From NCBI GenBank assembly GCA_900544545.1, contig UQVY01000003.1, forward strand, positions 10,862 to 74,861: a DNA stretch of 64,000 nt, read 5' to 3'. The notes under the pieces are model-generated. The model did not search any database and had not been told where the DNA came from. It saw only the letters and a list, made by a program, of their open reading frames with translations. Origin of the DNA: an uncultured Eubacteriales bacterium. GTDB lineage: Bacteria > Bacillota > Clostridia > Christensenellales > CAG-314. Every line of letters starts with the position of its first letter. The stretch's first letter is position 1. Below are positions 8,728 to 18,588 of the stretch, one piece after another. The translations under genes and the position numbers were made by a program.

Positions 8728-10193
8728 CAGACGAAACCTTTATAGACAGAGAGAGGGCTTTCAGGGGCGTAGGGACGATGGTTCTTATGACGATCGTTTT
8801 CTTCGTTCTTGCGGGGGCGATGAGTTATCTCGTATATTTCAGGTCGCTCGAAGGCGCGAACGTATGGGATTTCGTGGCGTTTCTCGCGCTGATCGCGATG
8901 CCCTGCGTAATATTCGACGTATATCTGTGGTCGAGCGAGCGTTCCCTGCTTGCGGAGAAGAGGAAGATAGCGGCTATGTATACGGTTATGACCGTAAGTC
9001 TTGCGCTTGAATTCTGTTTTGCGAGCGTGATTTCTTCCGACTACGGAATATATTGCGCGCCCTTTGCGGTATGCGCCCTGGTTATCGCTCTTCTGATAAA
9101 TCCGAGGTGCAGTTTCTACGCGAATTTCACGGTTCTTCTTATCTTTTTCATCAACGAAATGCGATTTTCGGGCGACGCGACGAGAATGTACTTTTCTCTT
9201 TTCGCGGGTATAGCCACGGGAATACTTGCTTCGTCCTGGATAAGCCGCTGTACGAGGAGGATTCAGTATATAGTTACGGCTGTAAAGCTCGGATTGTTTT
9301 CGCTGCTTATAGGGGCGTCGGTCTCGATTCTTTTCGTAAACGTCGGAGCCATACCCGACGGAATGCTTCAGATATGCCTGTTTTCGCTTCTTTCGGGGGC
9401 GATAGACATAGCCTTGTTTATGCTTCTCGTACCGACCTTCGAGTGGCTCTTCAATCTCGTTTCGGATTTCCGGCTTGCCGAAATAGCCTCTGCGAACCGA
9501 CCTTTGATGAAGAGATTGCGGCGGGACGCGATAGGAACCTTCAACCACAGTCTTCTGCTCGCCAATTACGCGGAAGCCTGTGCCGCTGCGATAGGAGAGG
9601 ACGTCTTTCTTGCGAGAGCGGCGGGATATTATCACGATATAGGTAAGCTTGCCGCGCCCAAGTTTTTCAGCGAGAATCAGATGGGCGGGGAGAATCCGCA
9701 CGACAGTCTTTCGCCCGAGGCGTCGGTGAGGATAATAAAGACTCACGTAACCAAAGGGATCGCGCTTGCCAAGGAGTATCGACTTCCGATAGAGATACAG
9801 AAGGTTATCGCCGAGCATCACGGAACGCTTCCGATTATGTTTTTCTATCATAAGGCGAACAGGATTACGGAGGGCGGCGAGGTGGATATGACCTCTTACA
9901 GTTACGACGGTCCCAAGCCCAGCAGCCGTATAAGCGCGATAATAATGATTTGCGACGCCTGCGAAGCGGCTTTGAGGGCAAACAACGACAAGTCGAGAGC
10001 CAACGAGATAGTTGAGAAGCTCGTACGGCAGAGGTTCGAGCAAGGACAGTTCACCGACTGCGACGTAACGATGAAGCAGCTCGACATAATAAAGGAAACG
10101 ATAGTAACGACGTATATAGGAATCGAACACGACAGGGTTAAGTATCCCGAGCAGAACGCGGTTAAGAAGGACCGAACCGATAATAAGGACTAA
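8724..10193 (+). CDS. pgpH: 7TM receptor with intracellular HD hydrolase domain (PgpH/YqfF-like, short form without the extracellular domain)
   Basis: TTG start 6 nt after AAGGAGG, overlapping the upstream stop. Seven hydrophobic segments, then an HD domain (YYHDIGK, EHHG). Synteny with ybeY-era-recO as in the Bacillus yqfF operon. Confidence 0.8.
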   Translation: MTDETFIDRERAFRGVGTMVLMTIVFFVLAGAMSYLVYFRSLEGANVWDFVAFLALIAMPCVIFDVYLWSSERSLLAEKRKIAAMYTVMTVSLALEFCFASVISSDYGIYCAPFAVCALVIALLINPRCSFYANFTVLLIFFINEMRFSGDATRMYFSLFAGIATGILASSWISRCTRRIQYIVTAVKLGLFSLLIGASVSILFVNVGAIPDGMLQICLFSLLSGAIDIALFMLLVPTFEWLFNLVSDFRLAEIASANRPLMKRLRRDAIGTFNHSLLLANYAEACAAAIGEDVFLARAAGYYHDIGKLAAPKFFSENQMGGENPHDSLSPEASVRIIKTHVTKGIALAKEYRLPIEIQKVIAEHHGTLPIMFFYHKANRITEGGEVDMTSYSYDGPKPSSRISAIIMICDACEAALRANNDKSRANEIVEKLVRQRFEQGQFTDCDVTMKQLDIIKETIVTTYIGIEHDRVKYPEQNAVKKDRTDNKD

Positions 10194-10273
10194 AGCCTGT
10201 AATAAGGACTAAATCCGATAGCGGTTAATAAGGATTAAAGCCGATAATAAGAATTAAATCCGATAATGCGGAT
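10177..10273. repeat. Five-copy degenerate tandem repeat seeded by the last codons plus stop of the 7TM-HD gene
   Basis: Copies are ccgataataaggactaaag, cctgtaataaggactaaat, ccgatagcggttaataaggattaaag, ccgataataagaattaaat and ccgataatgcggat. The first copy contains stop TAA 10191-10193. Confidence 0.85.
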
Positions 10274-10368
10274 ATTTTCCCGAAGAAAATGGCGGGGGTA
10301 TTTCCCCGAAGAAAAGGTTAAGAAGGAATAGAAGCGACGACGGGTATTTGCCCGGGTAAGAGGAAAGA

Positions 10369-11958
10369 ATGCTGAAACTTGACACGAGATATATAGGAAA
10401 AGAAGACAAAGAGCTGATAAAGAAGGTATTGACTCACGCGGCGGAGAAGCTTTCGCAGAAGGAGGATCTGGAGGTAGAGATATCCTTCGTCGGCAGAGAT
10501 GCTATAAGGGAAATCAACGCCGAGGAGCGGAACGTAGACCGTGTAACCGACGTATTGAGTTTTCCCGCTCTTGACGGAATAAAGGGGAAAGTTCTCGACA
10601 AGAAGGACTATTCCGCCGACGTAAATCCCGAAACGGGCTGTATTCTTCTGGGCGAGATAGTTATATGCCGCGATATGGTTCGTAAGCAGGCTCTGGAGTA
10701 CGGACATTCTTACGAAAGGGAGCTTGCGTTTCTGTCCCTGCACGGATTTCTTCATTTAATGGGTTACGACCATATCGAAGAATCCGACCGCACGGAGATG
10801 GAATCTCTTGCCGAGAGCATTCTCCGCGATCTCGAAATAAGCCGCGATTCCGACGATTCCTCCGATTCTTCTGCCTGTAAAAGCGATAAATCTTCCCTCT
10901 GCGAATCCAAATCCGATGAAAGTCCCGAAGATTCCTCCGAATTCCCCGAATTTTCCGACGACGATTCTTTCGATGATGAAGATTCCGATAGCGACGATTT
11001 TGACGACGACGAAGAAAGTCCCGAAAATCCCGTCGAAAACCCCGCTCGCAGGAATTTAAAATCCGGTTATATCGCGATAGTGGGCAAGGCCAACGCGGGT
11101 AAATCCTCTCTTCTGAACAGCATAATCGAGCAGAAGATTTCGATAGTTTCGCCCAAGCCGCAGACGACGAGGAACAAGATTCTGGGGATTTTCACGGAAG
11201 GCGACGTGCAGATGATATTCGTGGACACGCCCGGTTCTCTCCGCGTGAGCAACAAGCTCGGCGATTTTATGGCTAGGAGCATAGTTTCGGCTGTTCGGGA
11301 CGTAAACTGCATTCTGGTGGTTATCGACGGTCATAACGGAATAAAGGACGACGACCTCGAGCTTCTGAGGAAGCATATATCGGGCGGAATTCCGACCGTC
11401 GCGGTAATTTCCAAGACGGACATTTCCCAGCCCGAGAAGCTTATGCCCGAGCTTGCCAAGCTCAATTCCGTGGAAGGTCTGGAGAGCGTCTGGGCGGTTT
11501 CGGCCAAGAGGAACAGAAACGTCCGCGAGCTTCGGGAATATCTGAAGCGTTTTATGACCGACGACGTGTTTTATTTCGACGAAGACGACGTAACGGACAG
11601 GAGCCAGAGGTTTATCGTCTGCGAGATAATAAGAGAGAAGATTCTGCTTGCTCTCGACGAAGAGGTACCTCACGGAACGGGCGTACAGCTCAATAAAATG
11701 GAATACGATCCGAGGCGGCGGCTGTGGGACGTCGACGCGAACATAATCGTCGAGAAGGCTTCGCACAAGCCCATAATAATCGGTAAGCGCGGACAGACCT
11801 TGAAGGAGATAGGGACTCACGCCCGTCAGGGAATCGAAAAGCTTTTGGGCTGTCGGGTATATCTTTCTCTGTGGATAAAGGTCAAGGAAGACTGGAGGAA
11901 CAGCGATTATCTTCTGAAGGACATAGGCTACGACAAGAAAGAGGAGCTTGAAGAATAG
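10369..11958 (+). CDS. era: Fusion protein: YbeY endoribonuclease (N) - acidic Ser/Asp linker - Era GTPase with KH domain (C)
   Basis: One uninterrupted 529-codon frame. YbeY zinc motif HGFLHLMGYDH. About 75 aa of D/S/E-rich linker. Era motifs G1 GKANAGKSS, DTPG, SKTD and KH GKRGQTLKEIG. Confidence 0.9.
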   Translation: MLKLDTRYIGKEDKELIKKVLTHAAEKLSQKEDLEVEISFVGRDAIREINAEERNVDRVTDVLSFPALDGIKGKVLDKKDYSADVNPETGCILLGEIVICRDMVRKQALEYGHSYERELAFLSLHGFLHLMGYDHIEESDRTEMESLAESILRDLEISRDSDDSSDSSACKSDKSSLCESKSDESPEDSSEFPEFSDDDSFDDEDSDSDDFDDDEESPENPVENPARRNLKSGYIAIVGKANAGKSSLLNSIIEQKISIVSPKPQTTRNKILGIFTEGDVQMIFVDTPGSLRVSNKLGDFMARSIVSAVRDVNCILVVIDGHNGIKDDDLELLRKHISGGIPTVAVISKTDISQPEKLMPELAKLNSVEGLESVWAVSAKRNRNVRELREYLKRFMTDDVFYFDEDDVTDRSQRFIVCEIIREKILLALDEEVPHGTGVQLNKMEYDPRRRLWDVDANIIVEKASHKPIIIGKRGQTLKEIGTHARQGIEKLLGCRVYLSLWIKVKEDWRNSDYLLKDIGYDKKEELEE

Positions 11959-12109
11959 CTAAATAACGAATAGCGAAGAGCGAACAGAGACAATAAACGG
12001 ATTACGAATAAAGAATCAGGCTCTCCCGAAGCGGGAAATAATTGTCTTTTCCCGTATAGTTTCCGATTTTTTCCGCACCTTAACGATATACGGTCAAGGA
12101 GGAACGACT

Positions 12110-12250
12110 ATGAGGAGCGCAAAGGATTTGGCTTGGGAGCTTTTCAAGGAAACGGGCAACATATCTTACTATTGTCTTTACCGAAGTTTAGGAGGCTCGT
12201 CCGAAGATGATTATAACCGACGCAATAGTGATAAGAACGGTCGATTATAA
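12110..12250 (+). CDS. yqzL: YqzL-like microprotein (46 aa)
   Basis: AAGGAGG lies 7 nt upstream. Sequence is MRSAKDLAWELFKETGNISYYCLYRSL..., with a W..F..TG motif. It sits between era and recO as yqzL does in Bacillus. Not in the ORF track (<60 aa). Overlaps the recO start by 44 nt. Confidence 0.5.
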   Translation: MRSAKDLAWELFKETGNISYYCLYRSLGGSSEDDYNRRNSDKNGRL

Positions 12251-12836
12251 AGAGAGCGACAGGATTCTCACGCTTTTTTCGCCCGACGAAGGAAAGATAG
12301 CGGCGTCCGCGCGCGGGGTAAGGAACAAGACCTCCAAGCTTAAATACGCCGCGCAGATGTTCAATTACGGGCTTTACGAACTTACGTCCGCAGGCGGCTC
12401 GGTAACGGGCTGTACGCAGAAGGACGGATTTTTCTCGGTAACGGAGGATGTGGCTTCGTTTTACGCGGCGGGAGCGGGCGCGTGGTTTCTTTCCCGTGAC
12501 GAAACCTCTCTCGGCGGCTCTTACGGAGAGCTTTTCGGGAGCTTTCTGAAGTTTATGACGGCTATGAAATACAAGTCCTCGCCCTACTATGCGTTGTCTT
12601 TGTTTCTCTACGAGGTCGGCGAAATCAACGGCGTTCTCCCTCTGCGGGAAAGTCTTGGTTCTGTCGGTTCGGGCGAAGGGATATTTTACGTCGGGAGGAG
12701 GCTTGCGGGTTTGAGCTACGGGGATTACGGCAGATTCTCGGACGAAGAATGCAAGAAGTTTCTGCGGATACTGGAAGGATTTTACGCGAAGGATTACGGC
12801 AGGATAAGCGGGCTCGAAATTCTGCTGAACGTTTGA
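12207..12836 (+). CDS. recO: DNA repair protein RecO
   Basis: N-terminus MIITDAIVIRTVDYKESDRILTLFSPDEGKIAASARG is the typical RecO OB-fold start. Synteny after era. Confidence 0.88.
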   Translation: MIITDAIVIRTVDYKESDRILTLFSPDEGKIAASARGVRNKTSKLKYAAQMFNYGLYELTSAGGSVTGCTQKDGFFSVTEDVASFYAAGAGAWFLSRDETSLGGSYGELFGSFLKFMTAMKYKSSPYYALSLFLYEVGEINGVLPLRESLGSVGSGEGIFYVGRRLAGLSYGDYGRFSDEECKKFLRILEGFYAKDYGRISGLEILLNV

Positions 12837-12859
12837 TTTTTTTCGTGGGGGGAATGGTT

Positions 12860-14350
12860 ATGCGCTACATAATCGCTCTGGACGAAGGTACGACTAGCGC
12901 GAAGGCAGTTATTTACGACGCGGAAGGCGGAAGGATAATCGCAAGTGCGGGGCGCGGATTTTCGCTTACCTATCCGCGTTCTGGCTGGGTTGAAACCGAC
13001 GCCGTGCAGCTCTGGGGAGCGCAGTACGGAGCTTTGAGCGAAGTTCTTGCCGAGAGCGACGTCGATTTGAGGGACGTTTACGGTATAGGCGTCGCCAATC
13101 AGCGGGAAACGGTGGTTGTCTGGGACAGAGCCACGGGCGCGCCTCTCCACAACGCGATTATCTGGCAATGCCGAAGGACTGCGGATTTCTGCGCAAAGCT
13201 TCGCGAGGACGAAGCAACGGCAAGGAAGATTCGGGAAAAGACCGGTCTTACGATAGATCCTTATTTTTCCGCGAGCAAAATGCGCTGGCTTCTCGAGAAC
13301 GTAGACGGTCTGCGGGAGAGAGCCGAGAGGGGCGAGGTCTGTCTGGGGACGGTCGACAGCTATATTATTTTCAGGCTTACGGGCGGGAGTTTCGTGACCG
13401 ACGTAAGCAACGCTTCGCGGACGATGCTTATGAATACCGGGACCTGCGACTGGGATGACGAGCTTTTGGAGCTTTTCGGGATTCCGAGGGTTGCTCTTGC
13501 GGAAATAATCGGGAGCGACGAAAACGCGGGGCATACGATTTCGCTGAAAAGGGACGTTCCCGTAACGGGTATTGCGGGAGATCAGCAGGCTGCTCTTTTC
13601 GGTCAATGCTGTTTTTCCGCGGGCGAAGCCAAAAACACCTACGGTACGGGCTGTTTTATTCTGATGAACACCGGCTCTCGTCAGGTCCGTTCGGAGAAAT
13701 TATTATCGACCGTCGCCTGGAAGGTGGGCGGAAAGGTGACCTACGCTCTCGAAGGAAGCGTCTTTAACGGCGGAAGCTCTGTTCAGTGGCTTCGCGATAA
13801 TCTTAAATTTATGGAAAGCAGCTGCGACAGCGAGAGGATTGCGACGAGTGCGGTATGCTGCGACGGAAGGGCGGGTACGGACGGAGTTTATCTCGTACCT
13901 GCTTTCACGGGAATGGGCGCGCCCTACTGGGAGCCCGACGCCCGCGGAATAATCTGCGGAATCACCCGCAGCACGAATATTTCTCATATAGTCAGAGCCG
14001 CGCTCGAAAGTATGGCTTATTCGGCGAGGGACGTTATCGGACGAATGGAAGAGGATTCGGGCGTAAAGATAAGCGTTCTCAAAGCCGACGGAGGCGCGAG
14101 TTCCAACGGATTTCTTATGCAGTTCCAGTCGGACGTTCTCGGCGTAAAGATAGTCCGTCCGGTTTCGGGCGAAAGCACGGCTATGGGCGCGGTATATCTC
14201 TGCGGTCTGGGGACGGGAGCGTTTTCGTCGGAGGAGGATATTCTTTCGCGTTATCGCACGGACGCCGTTTTTGAGAGGAAGATATCCTCTGAGGAAGCCG
14301 ATATTCTTTACGAAGGCTGGAAAAAGGCAGTCAGCCGCGCTTTGTTGTGA
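12860..14350 (+). CDS. glpK: Glycerol kinase
   Basis: MRYIIALDEGTTSAKAVIYD, GVANQRETVVVWD, IAGDQQAALFGQ. Start may be 12854 or 12860. The listed 12749 start overlaps recO and is an ORF extension. Confidence 0.93.
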   Translation: MRYIIALDEGTTSAKAVIYDAEGGRIIASAGRGFSLTYPRSGWVETDAVQLWGAQYGALSEVLAESDVDLRDVYGIGVANQRETVVVWDRATGAPLHNAIIWQCRRTADFCAKLREDEATARKIREKTGLTIDPYFSASKMRWLLENVDGLRERAERGEVCLGTVDSYIIFRLTGGSFVTDVSNASRTMLMNTGTCDWDDELLELFGIPRVALAEIIGSDENAGHTISLKRDVPVTGIAGDQQAALFGQCCFSAGEAKNTYGTGCFILMNTGSRQVRSEKLLSTVAWKVGGKVTYALEGSVFNGGSSVQWLRDNLKFMESSCDSERIATSAVCCDGRAGTDGVYLVPAFTGMGAPYWEPDARGIICGITRSTNISHIVRAALESMAYSARDVIGRMEEDSGVKISVLKADGGASSNGFLMQFQSDVLGVKIVRPVSGESTAMGAVYLCGLGTGAFSSEEDILSRYRTDAVFERKISSEEADILYEGWKKAVSRALL

Positions 14351-14422
14351 GCGGCTGCGATTCGGTAAGCTCTTTATTGTAATTCCGTATTCAATTCTCT
14401 TTGTAAAAGGGAGGAAATATAA

Positions 14423-15802
14423 ATGAAAAACAAGAAATGTATAGCAATGATCCTTGCGGGCGGACAGGGAAGCAGACTTGCTACTCTCACGAGGGACGTA
14501 GCCAAGCCTGCGGTAAGATTCGGCGCAAAATACAGGATTATCGATTTCGTACTGACCAACTGCGCGCATTCGGGCATAGATACCGTGGGCGTTATGACGC
14601 AGTACAAGCCTCTCGTGCTTAACACCTATATCAGCAGCGGAAAGTCGTGGGATCTGGACCGCGCGGACGGCGGCGTTTACGTGCTTCCGCCCTATATGCA
14701 GGAACATAGCGGAGAGTGGTATAAAGGCACGGCAAACGCGATTTATCAGAACGTGAGCTTTATCGAGCAGTTCGATCCGGAGTACGTCCTCGTTTTATCG
14801 GGCGACCACATCTACAAGATGGACTATAACCGGATGATAAAGTTTCACGAAAAGAAGGGCGCGGACATAACCGTCGCGTATATAACCGTGCCTATGGAGG
14901 AGGCGAGCCGATTCGGAATTCTCTCCACGGACAAGGACGGACGGATAACGAAGTTCGCCGAGAAGCCCGGGAATCCCGAAAGCAACCACGCTTCTATGGG
15001 AATCTATGTTTTCGGCTGGAAGGAGCTTAAGGCTCAGCTCATAGCCGACGAAAGCAACGCGCAGAGCAGCAACGATTTCGGAAAGAACATAATTCCGACT
15101 ATGCTTGCCGAAGAAAAGAAGATGTACGGTTTCCCGTTTGACGGTTATTGGAAGGACGTAGGTACCGTTTTCAGCCTCTGGGAGGCGCATATGGATATGC
15201 TTAAGGGAACCGAGTTCGATTTATACGACGACAACTGGCCCATATACAGTAAGAGTCCCTTGAAGCCTCCTCATTTCGTCGGGAAGCACGCCTGCATACG
15301 CGACAGTTTCATAACCGAAGGCTGCTATATCGACGGAGAGGTCGAGCATTCGGTTCTGAGCGAGGGCGTAAAGGTCGAGAAGGGCGCGGTCGTCCGTCAC
15401 AGCGTGATAATGAACGACGTTACGATAAGGAGCGGAGCCATTCTCGATAAGGTAATCGTCGGTCAGGGCGCGGAGATTCTGGGCGGCGCGGTCGTGGGCG
15501 AAGGAGCTTTGGGGCTGATATCCAAGAAGCCCGACTGCGTGAGAGCCGCCTCCGAAAGCTGTAAGCTCTGCCGCTCTGTGGAAGGGAACTCTGCCGTTTT
15601 CCGCGATTATACCGACGAACTTCGTTCCGACTATTGTACGGGCGGAGTAACTCTCGTTTCCGAGTGCATAAAGGTCGGCTGCGGCGTAAGAGTCGGCGGA
15701 AACTGTCTTATAAGCGGCGATATAGGTAATCTTTCGGGCGCGGATTGCGAACCAAAGCCGTGCTGCGAAGAGGAATGCGGAGAATGTGGAGGTGAAAACT
15801 GA
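14423..15802 (+). CDS. glgC: Glucose-1-phosphate adenylyltransferase with Cys-rich acidic C-terminal tail
   Basis: [16 protein letters not shown] and [15 protein letters not shown]; left-handed beta-helix C-terminal region. Ends in [20 protein letters not shown]. Confidence 0.93.
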   Translation: MKNKKCIAMILAGGQGSRLATLTRDVAKPAVRFGAKYRIIDFVLTNCAHSGIDTVGVMTQYKPLVLNTYISSGKSWDLDRADGGVYVLPPYMQEHSGEWYKGTANAIYQNVSFIEQFDPEYVLVLSGDHIYKMDYNRMIKFHEKKGADITVAYITVPMEEASRFGILSTDKDGRITKFAEKPGNPESNHASMGIYVFGWKELKAQLIADESNAQSSNDFGKNIIPTMLAEEKKMYGFPFDGYWKDVGTVFSLWEAHMDMLKGTEFDLYDDNWPIYSKSPLKPPHFVGKHACIRDSFITEGCYIDGEVEHSVLSEGVKVEKGAVVRHSVIMNDVTIRSGAILDKVIVGQGAEILGGAVVGEGALGLISKKPDCVRAASESCKLCRSVEGNSAVFRDYTDELRSDYCTGGVTLVSECIKVGCGVRVGGNCLISGDIGNLSGADCEPKPCCEEECGECGGEN

Positions 15803-16917
15803 TGCGCGATACTTTGGGAATAATTTTTGCCGAGGACGAAGGCGCGAGAATGGGCGAACTGACTCAGGTCCGGTCGCTTGCCGCGCTGCCCGTTGCGGGA
15901 AGATACAGGCTTATAGACTTCATTTTAAGCAATATGGTCAACAGCGGTATAGCCAACGTCGGCGTTGCCACGAAGTATAACTACCGCTCTCTTATGGACC
16001 ATCTCGGGGACGGTTCTCCGTGGGATCTGAACAGGAAACGCTACGGTCTGTTTATTTTGCCGCCCTTTTACAAGCAGGACGAGAATCTTGCTTCGGGGAG
16101 CGTCGAAACTCTGAGGAGGATAATGTACTACATAAGGAGGAGCGGACAGAAGCACGTTCTTCTTGCCGACGGTAACGTCGTCTGCAACCTCAGTTTCGAC
16201 GGAATGATGGAGCGTCATCTCTCCGCCAACGCCGATATAACCGTCGCGTACGCCGACGTTTCTTCCGTAGAACCCTACGATTCGACCAAGGATTATCTGA
16301 CCGTCGATTCTTCGGGAAGGATAACCTCTATCGAAAAGGGAAGCGACTATCGCCGTCAGCCCGAAAAGGCTCTGGGCTTTTATCTGATAGACCGAGGTCT
16401 GCTCGAAAGTCTTGTGGAAACGGCTTCGGTTCGCGGCGAGAAGGATATTATCGGCGACGTTTTCGCGAAACAAACCGAAAAGCTCAAGATAGTCGGCTGG
16501 AAATACGACGGTTACGCCAAATCGATAGACGACATAGCCGACTATTACGATTTCGGTATGCAGCTCCTTTCCGAAGGCGTGAGGGAAAGTCTTTTCGAAT
16601 CCGGTTTGCCCGTCTATACGAAGGTCAAGGACAAGGTTCCCGCCCGCTATCTGAAAAACTCCTGCGTCCGCAACAGTATGGTTGCCGACGGCTGCATAAT
16701 AGACGGCTGCGTGGAGAACTGCATTCTTTTCCGCGGAGTAGAGATAAGGAAGGGCTGCGAGGTCAGGAACAGTATAATTATGCAGGACGGCAGAGTAATG
16801 GAAAACTGTCGGCTCAACCACGTGATTTTCGACAAACAGGTTTTCGTCAACAGGGACAAGACTCTTTCGGGCGACGGAAACTATCCGTTCGTAGTCGGAA
16901 AAAACAGAAGGATCTGA
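15802..16917 (+). CDS. glgD: Glucose-1-phosphate adenylyltransferase regulatory subunit GlgD
   Basis: GlgC paralog lacking the GGxGxRL motif (GIIFAEDEGARMGELT). ATG overlaps the glgC stop (TGATG). Position between glgC and glgA. Confidence 0.88.
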   Translation: MRDTLGIIFAEDEGARMGELTQVRSLAALPVAGRYRLIDFILSNMVNSGIANVGVATKYNYRSLMDHLGDGSPWDLNRKRYGLFILPPFYKQDENLASGSVETLRRIMYYIRRSGQKHVLLADGNVVCNLSFDGMMERHLSANADITVAYADVSSVEPYDSTKDYLTVDSSGRITSIEKGSDYRRQPEKALGFYLIDRGLLESLVETASVRGEKDIIGDVFAKQTEKLKIVGWKYDGYAKSIDDIADYYDFGMQLLSEGVRESLFESGLPVYTKVKDKVPARYLKNSCVRNSMVADGCIIDGCVENCILFRGVEIRKGCEVRNSIIMQDGRVMENCRLNHVIFDKQVFVNRDKTLSGDGNYPFVVGKNRRI

Positions 16918-16984
16918 TTCCTTCCCGAAGAGCTTCGCGCGCGGATACGTGCGGGGCGAAAAGGTACATAAACGGAGGTATTTC

Positions 16985-18427
16985 GTGAAAATTTACTTTG
17001 TATCGGCCGAAGTCGAGCCGTTTGCGAAAAGCGGAGGAATGGGCGACGTAGTTGGCGCGCTTCCCAAGAGTCTTGCGGATAAAAGAATACACGACGTCCG
17101 CGTGATTATGCCCTGCTACGCGGTGATTCCGAAGCAATACAGGGACGCGATGAAGCCAGTGGCGACCTTCGAGGTGTGGCTCGGCTGGCGCAAGCGGCAG
17201 TGTCGGCTGCTCGAATTCAGAAGGGACTGGGTAACCTACTATTTCGTGGATTGTCCGTACTACTACGGTGGGGCTTCGATTTACGACAACAACGACCTCG
17301 AGCGTTTTGCGTTTTTCTGCAAAGTCGCTCTCGACGCTCTCGTACACGTGAATTTCCGTCCCGATATAATTCACTGCAACGACTGGTCCACCGCCCTCGT
17401 GCCGGTAATGTTCAACTGCTTCTACAAGAGGACTAAGACCTATGCTAAAACGAAGACGGTGTTCACCATCCATAATCTGAAGTATCAGGGAATCTACGAC
17501 ATCGGCGAAGTAGTCGACAGGACAGGGCTTCCGGGCGAATATATGACCGTCGATAAGCTCGAATTCTACGGAAAGTGCAACCTTATGAAGGGCGCGATAG
17601 TCTACAGCGACGCGATAACGACGGTTTCCGAAAGATACGCCGAGGAAATAACCGGCTCGGATTACGGAGAAGGTCTTCAGGACGTAATAAGGCAGTACGC
17701 CCATAAGCTCACGGGTATCACCAACGGCGTTGACTATTCGATATATTCCCCGAGGTTCGACGGAAAGCTTTACAAGACCTACGGAATCGAAGATTACGCC
17801 GAAGGAAAGGTCGAAAACAAGCGTATGGTTCTTTTCGAGCTTGGTATCGAGAATCGCGATTTGCCTTTGGTTTCGATGATTTCCCGTCTTTACGAGCAAA
17901 AAGGACCGGATTTTGTCCTCGGCGTAATCGACGATCTCGTGAAAAAGGGCGTCAACGTCGTGATTTTGGGAAGCGGCGATCGCTCAATAGAGCTTGCGTT
18001 CCTCGAGGCTGCGGCGCGGCACCCCGACAACGTCCGCGTAATAATCGGCTTCGACGACCGGCTCGCGCACCGCTTGTACGCGGGGTCCGACCTGCTGATG
18101 ATGCCGTCGCGGTTCGAGCCGTGCGGCCTGAGCCAGCTGATCGCGATGCGTTACGGGACGATACCGGTCGTTCGTGCGACGGGCGGGCTTGCCGACACGG
18201 TGAAACGTCCGAAGGACGGCGACGAAAAGGCTGGAAAAGGTTTCGTATTCAAGCAACCGTTCACTTTTGACTTCAGGACTGCGCTGTTTGACGGAATAGA
18301 AATGTTGACTTCGCGAAGAAGTGATTTTGAAAAGTTGATAGAATGGGATATGACTCGTGATTATTCGTGGAGAACGGGCGCGGATAAGTATCTTTCGCTG
18401 TACGAGTCGCTTCTTTCGGCGGAATAG
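16985..18427 (+). CDS. glgA: Glycogen synthase (ADP-glucose type)
   Basis: VKIYFVSAEVEPFAKSGGMGDV is the canonical N-terminus. GTG 16985 lies 7 nt after GGAGG. PSRFEPCGLSQL motif. Confidence 0.92.
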   Translation: MKIYFVSAEVEPFAKSGGMGDVVGALPKSLADKRIHDVRVIMPCYAVIPKQYRDAMKPVATFEVWLGWRKRQCRLLEFRRDWVTYYFVDCPYYYGGASIYDNNDLERFAFFCKVALDALVHVNFRPDIIHCNDWSTALVPVMFNCFYKRTKTYAKTKTVFTIHNLKYQGIYDIGEVVDRTGLPGEYMTVDKLEFYGKCNLMKGAIVYSDAITTVSERYAEEITGSDYGEGLQDVIRQYAHKLTGITNGVDYSIYSPRFDGKLYKTYGIEDYAEGKVENKRMVLFELGIENRDLPLVSMISRLYEQKGPDFVLGVIDDLVKKGVNVVILGSGDRSIELAFLEAAARHPDNVRVIIGFDDRLAHRLYAGSDLLMMPSRFEPCGLSQLIAMRYGTIPVVRATGGLADTVKRPKDGDEKAGKGFVFKQPFTFDFRTALFDGIEMLTSRRSDFEKLIEWDMTRDYSWRTGADKYLSLYESLLSAE

Positions 18428-18444
18428 AGAATTTTTTGGAAAAT

Positions 18445-18480
18445 AAGACGCTCCGAACTGTTTTCGGGGCGTCTTTTCGT
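18445..18480 (+). terminator. Rho-independent terminator after glgA (between convergent genes)
   Basis: A 13-bp stem aagacgctccgaa / ttcggggcgtctt with loop ctgtt, followed by a T-rich tract. Confidence 0.8.
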
Positions 18481-18588
18481 GTTTTTTCGGGGTAAAATCG
18501 AGGCTTTTTCGATAAAAAATCGCCGTTTTTGCGTTAACTAATCGTTAAATTTTTATTAACTAATGTATGTAAAAATAAACGGACAGCC

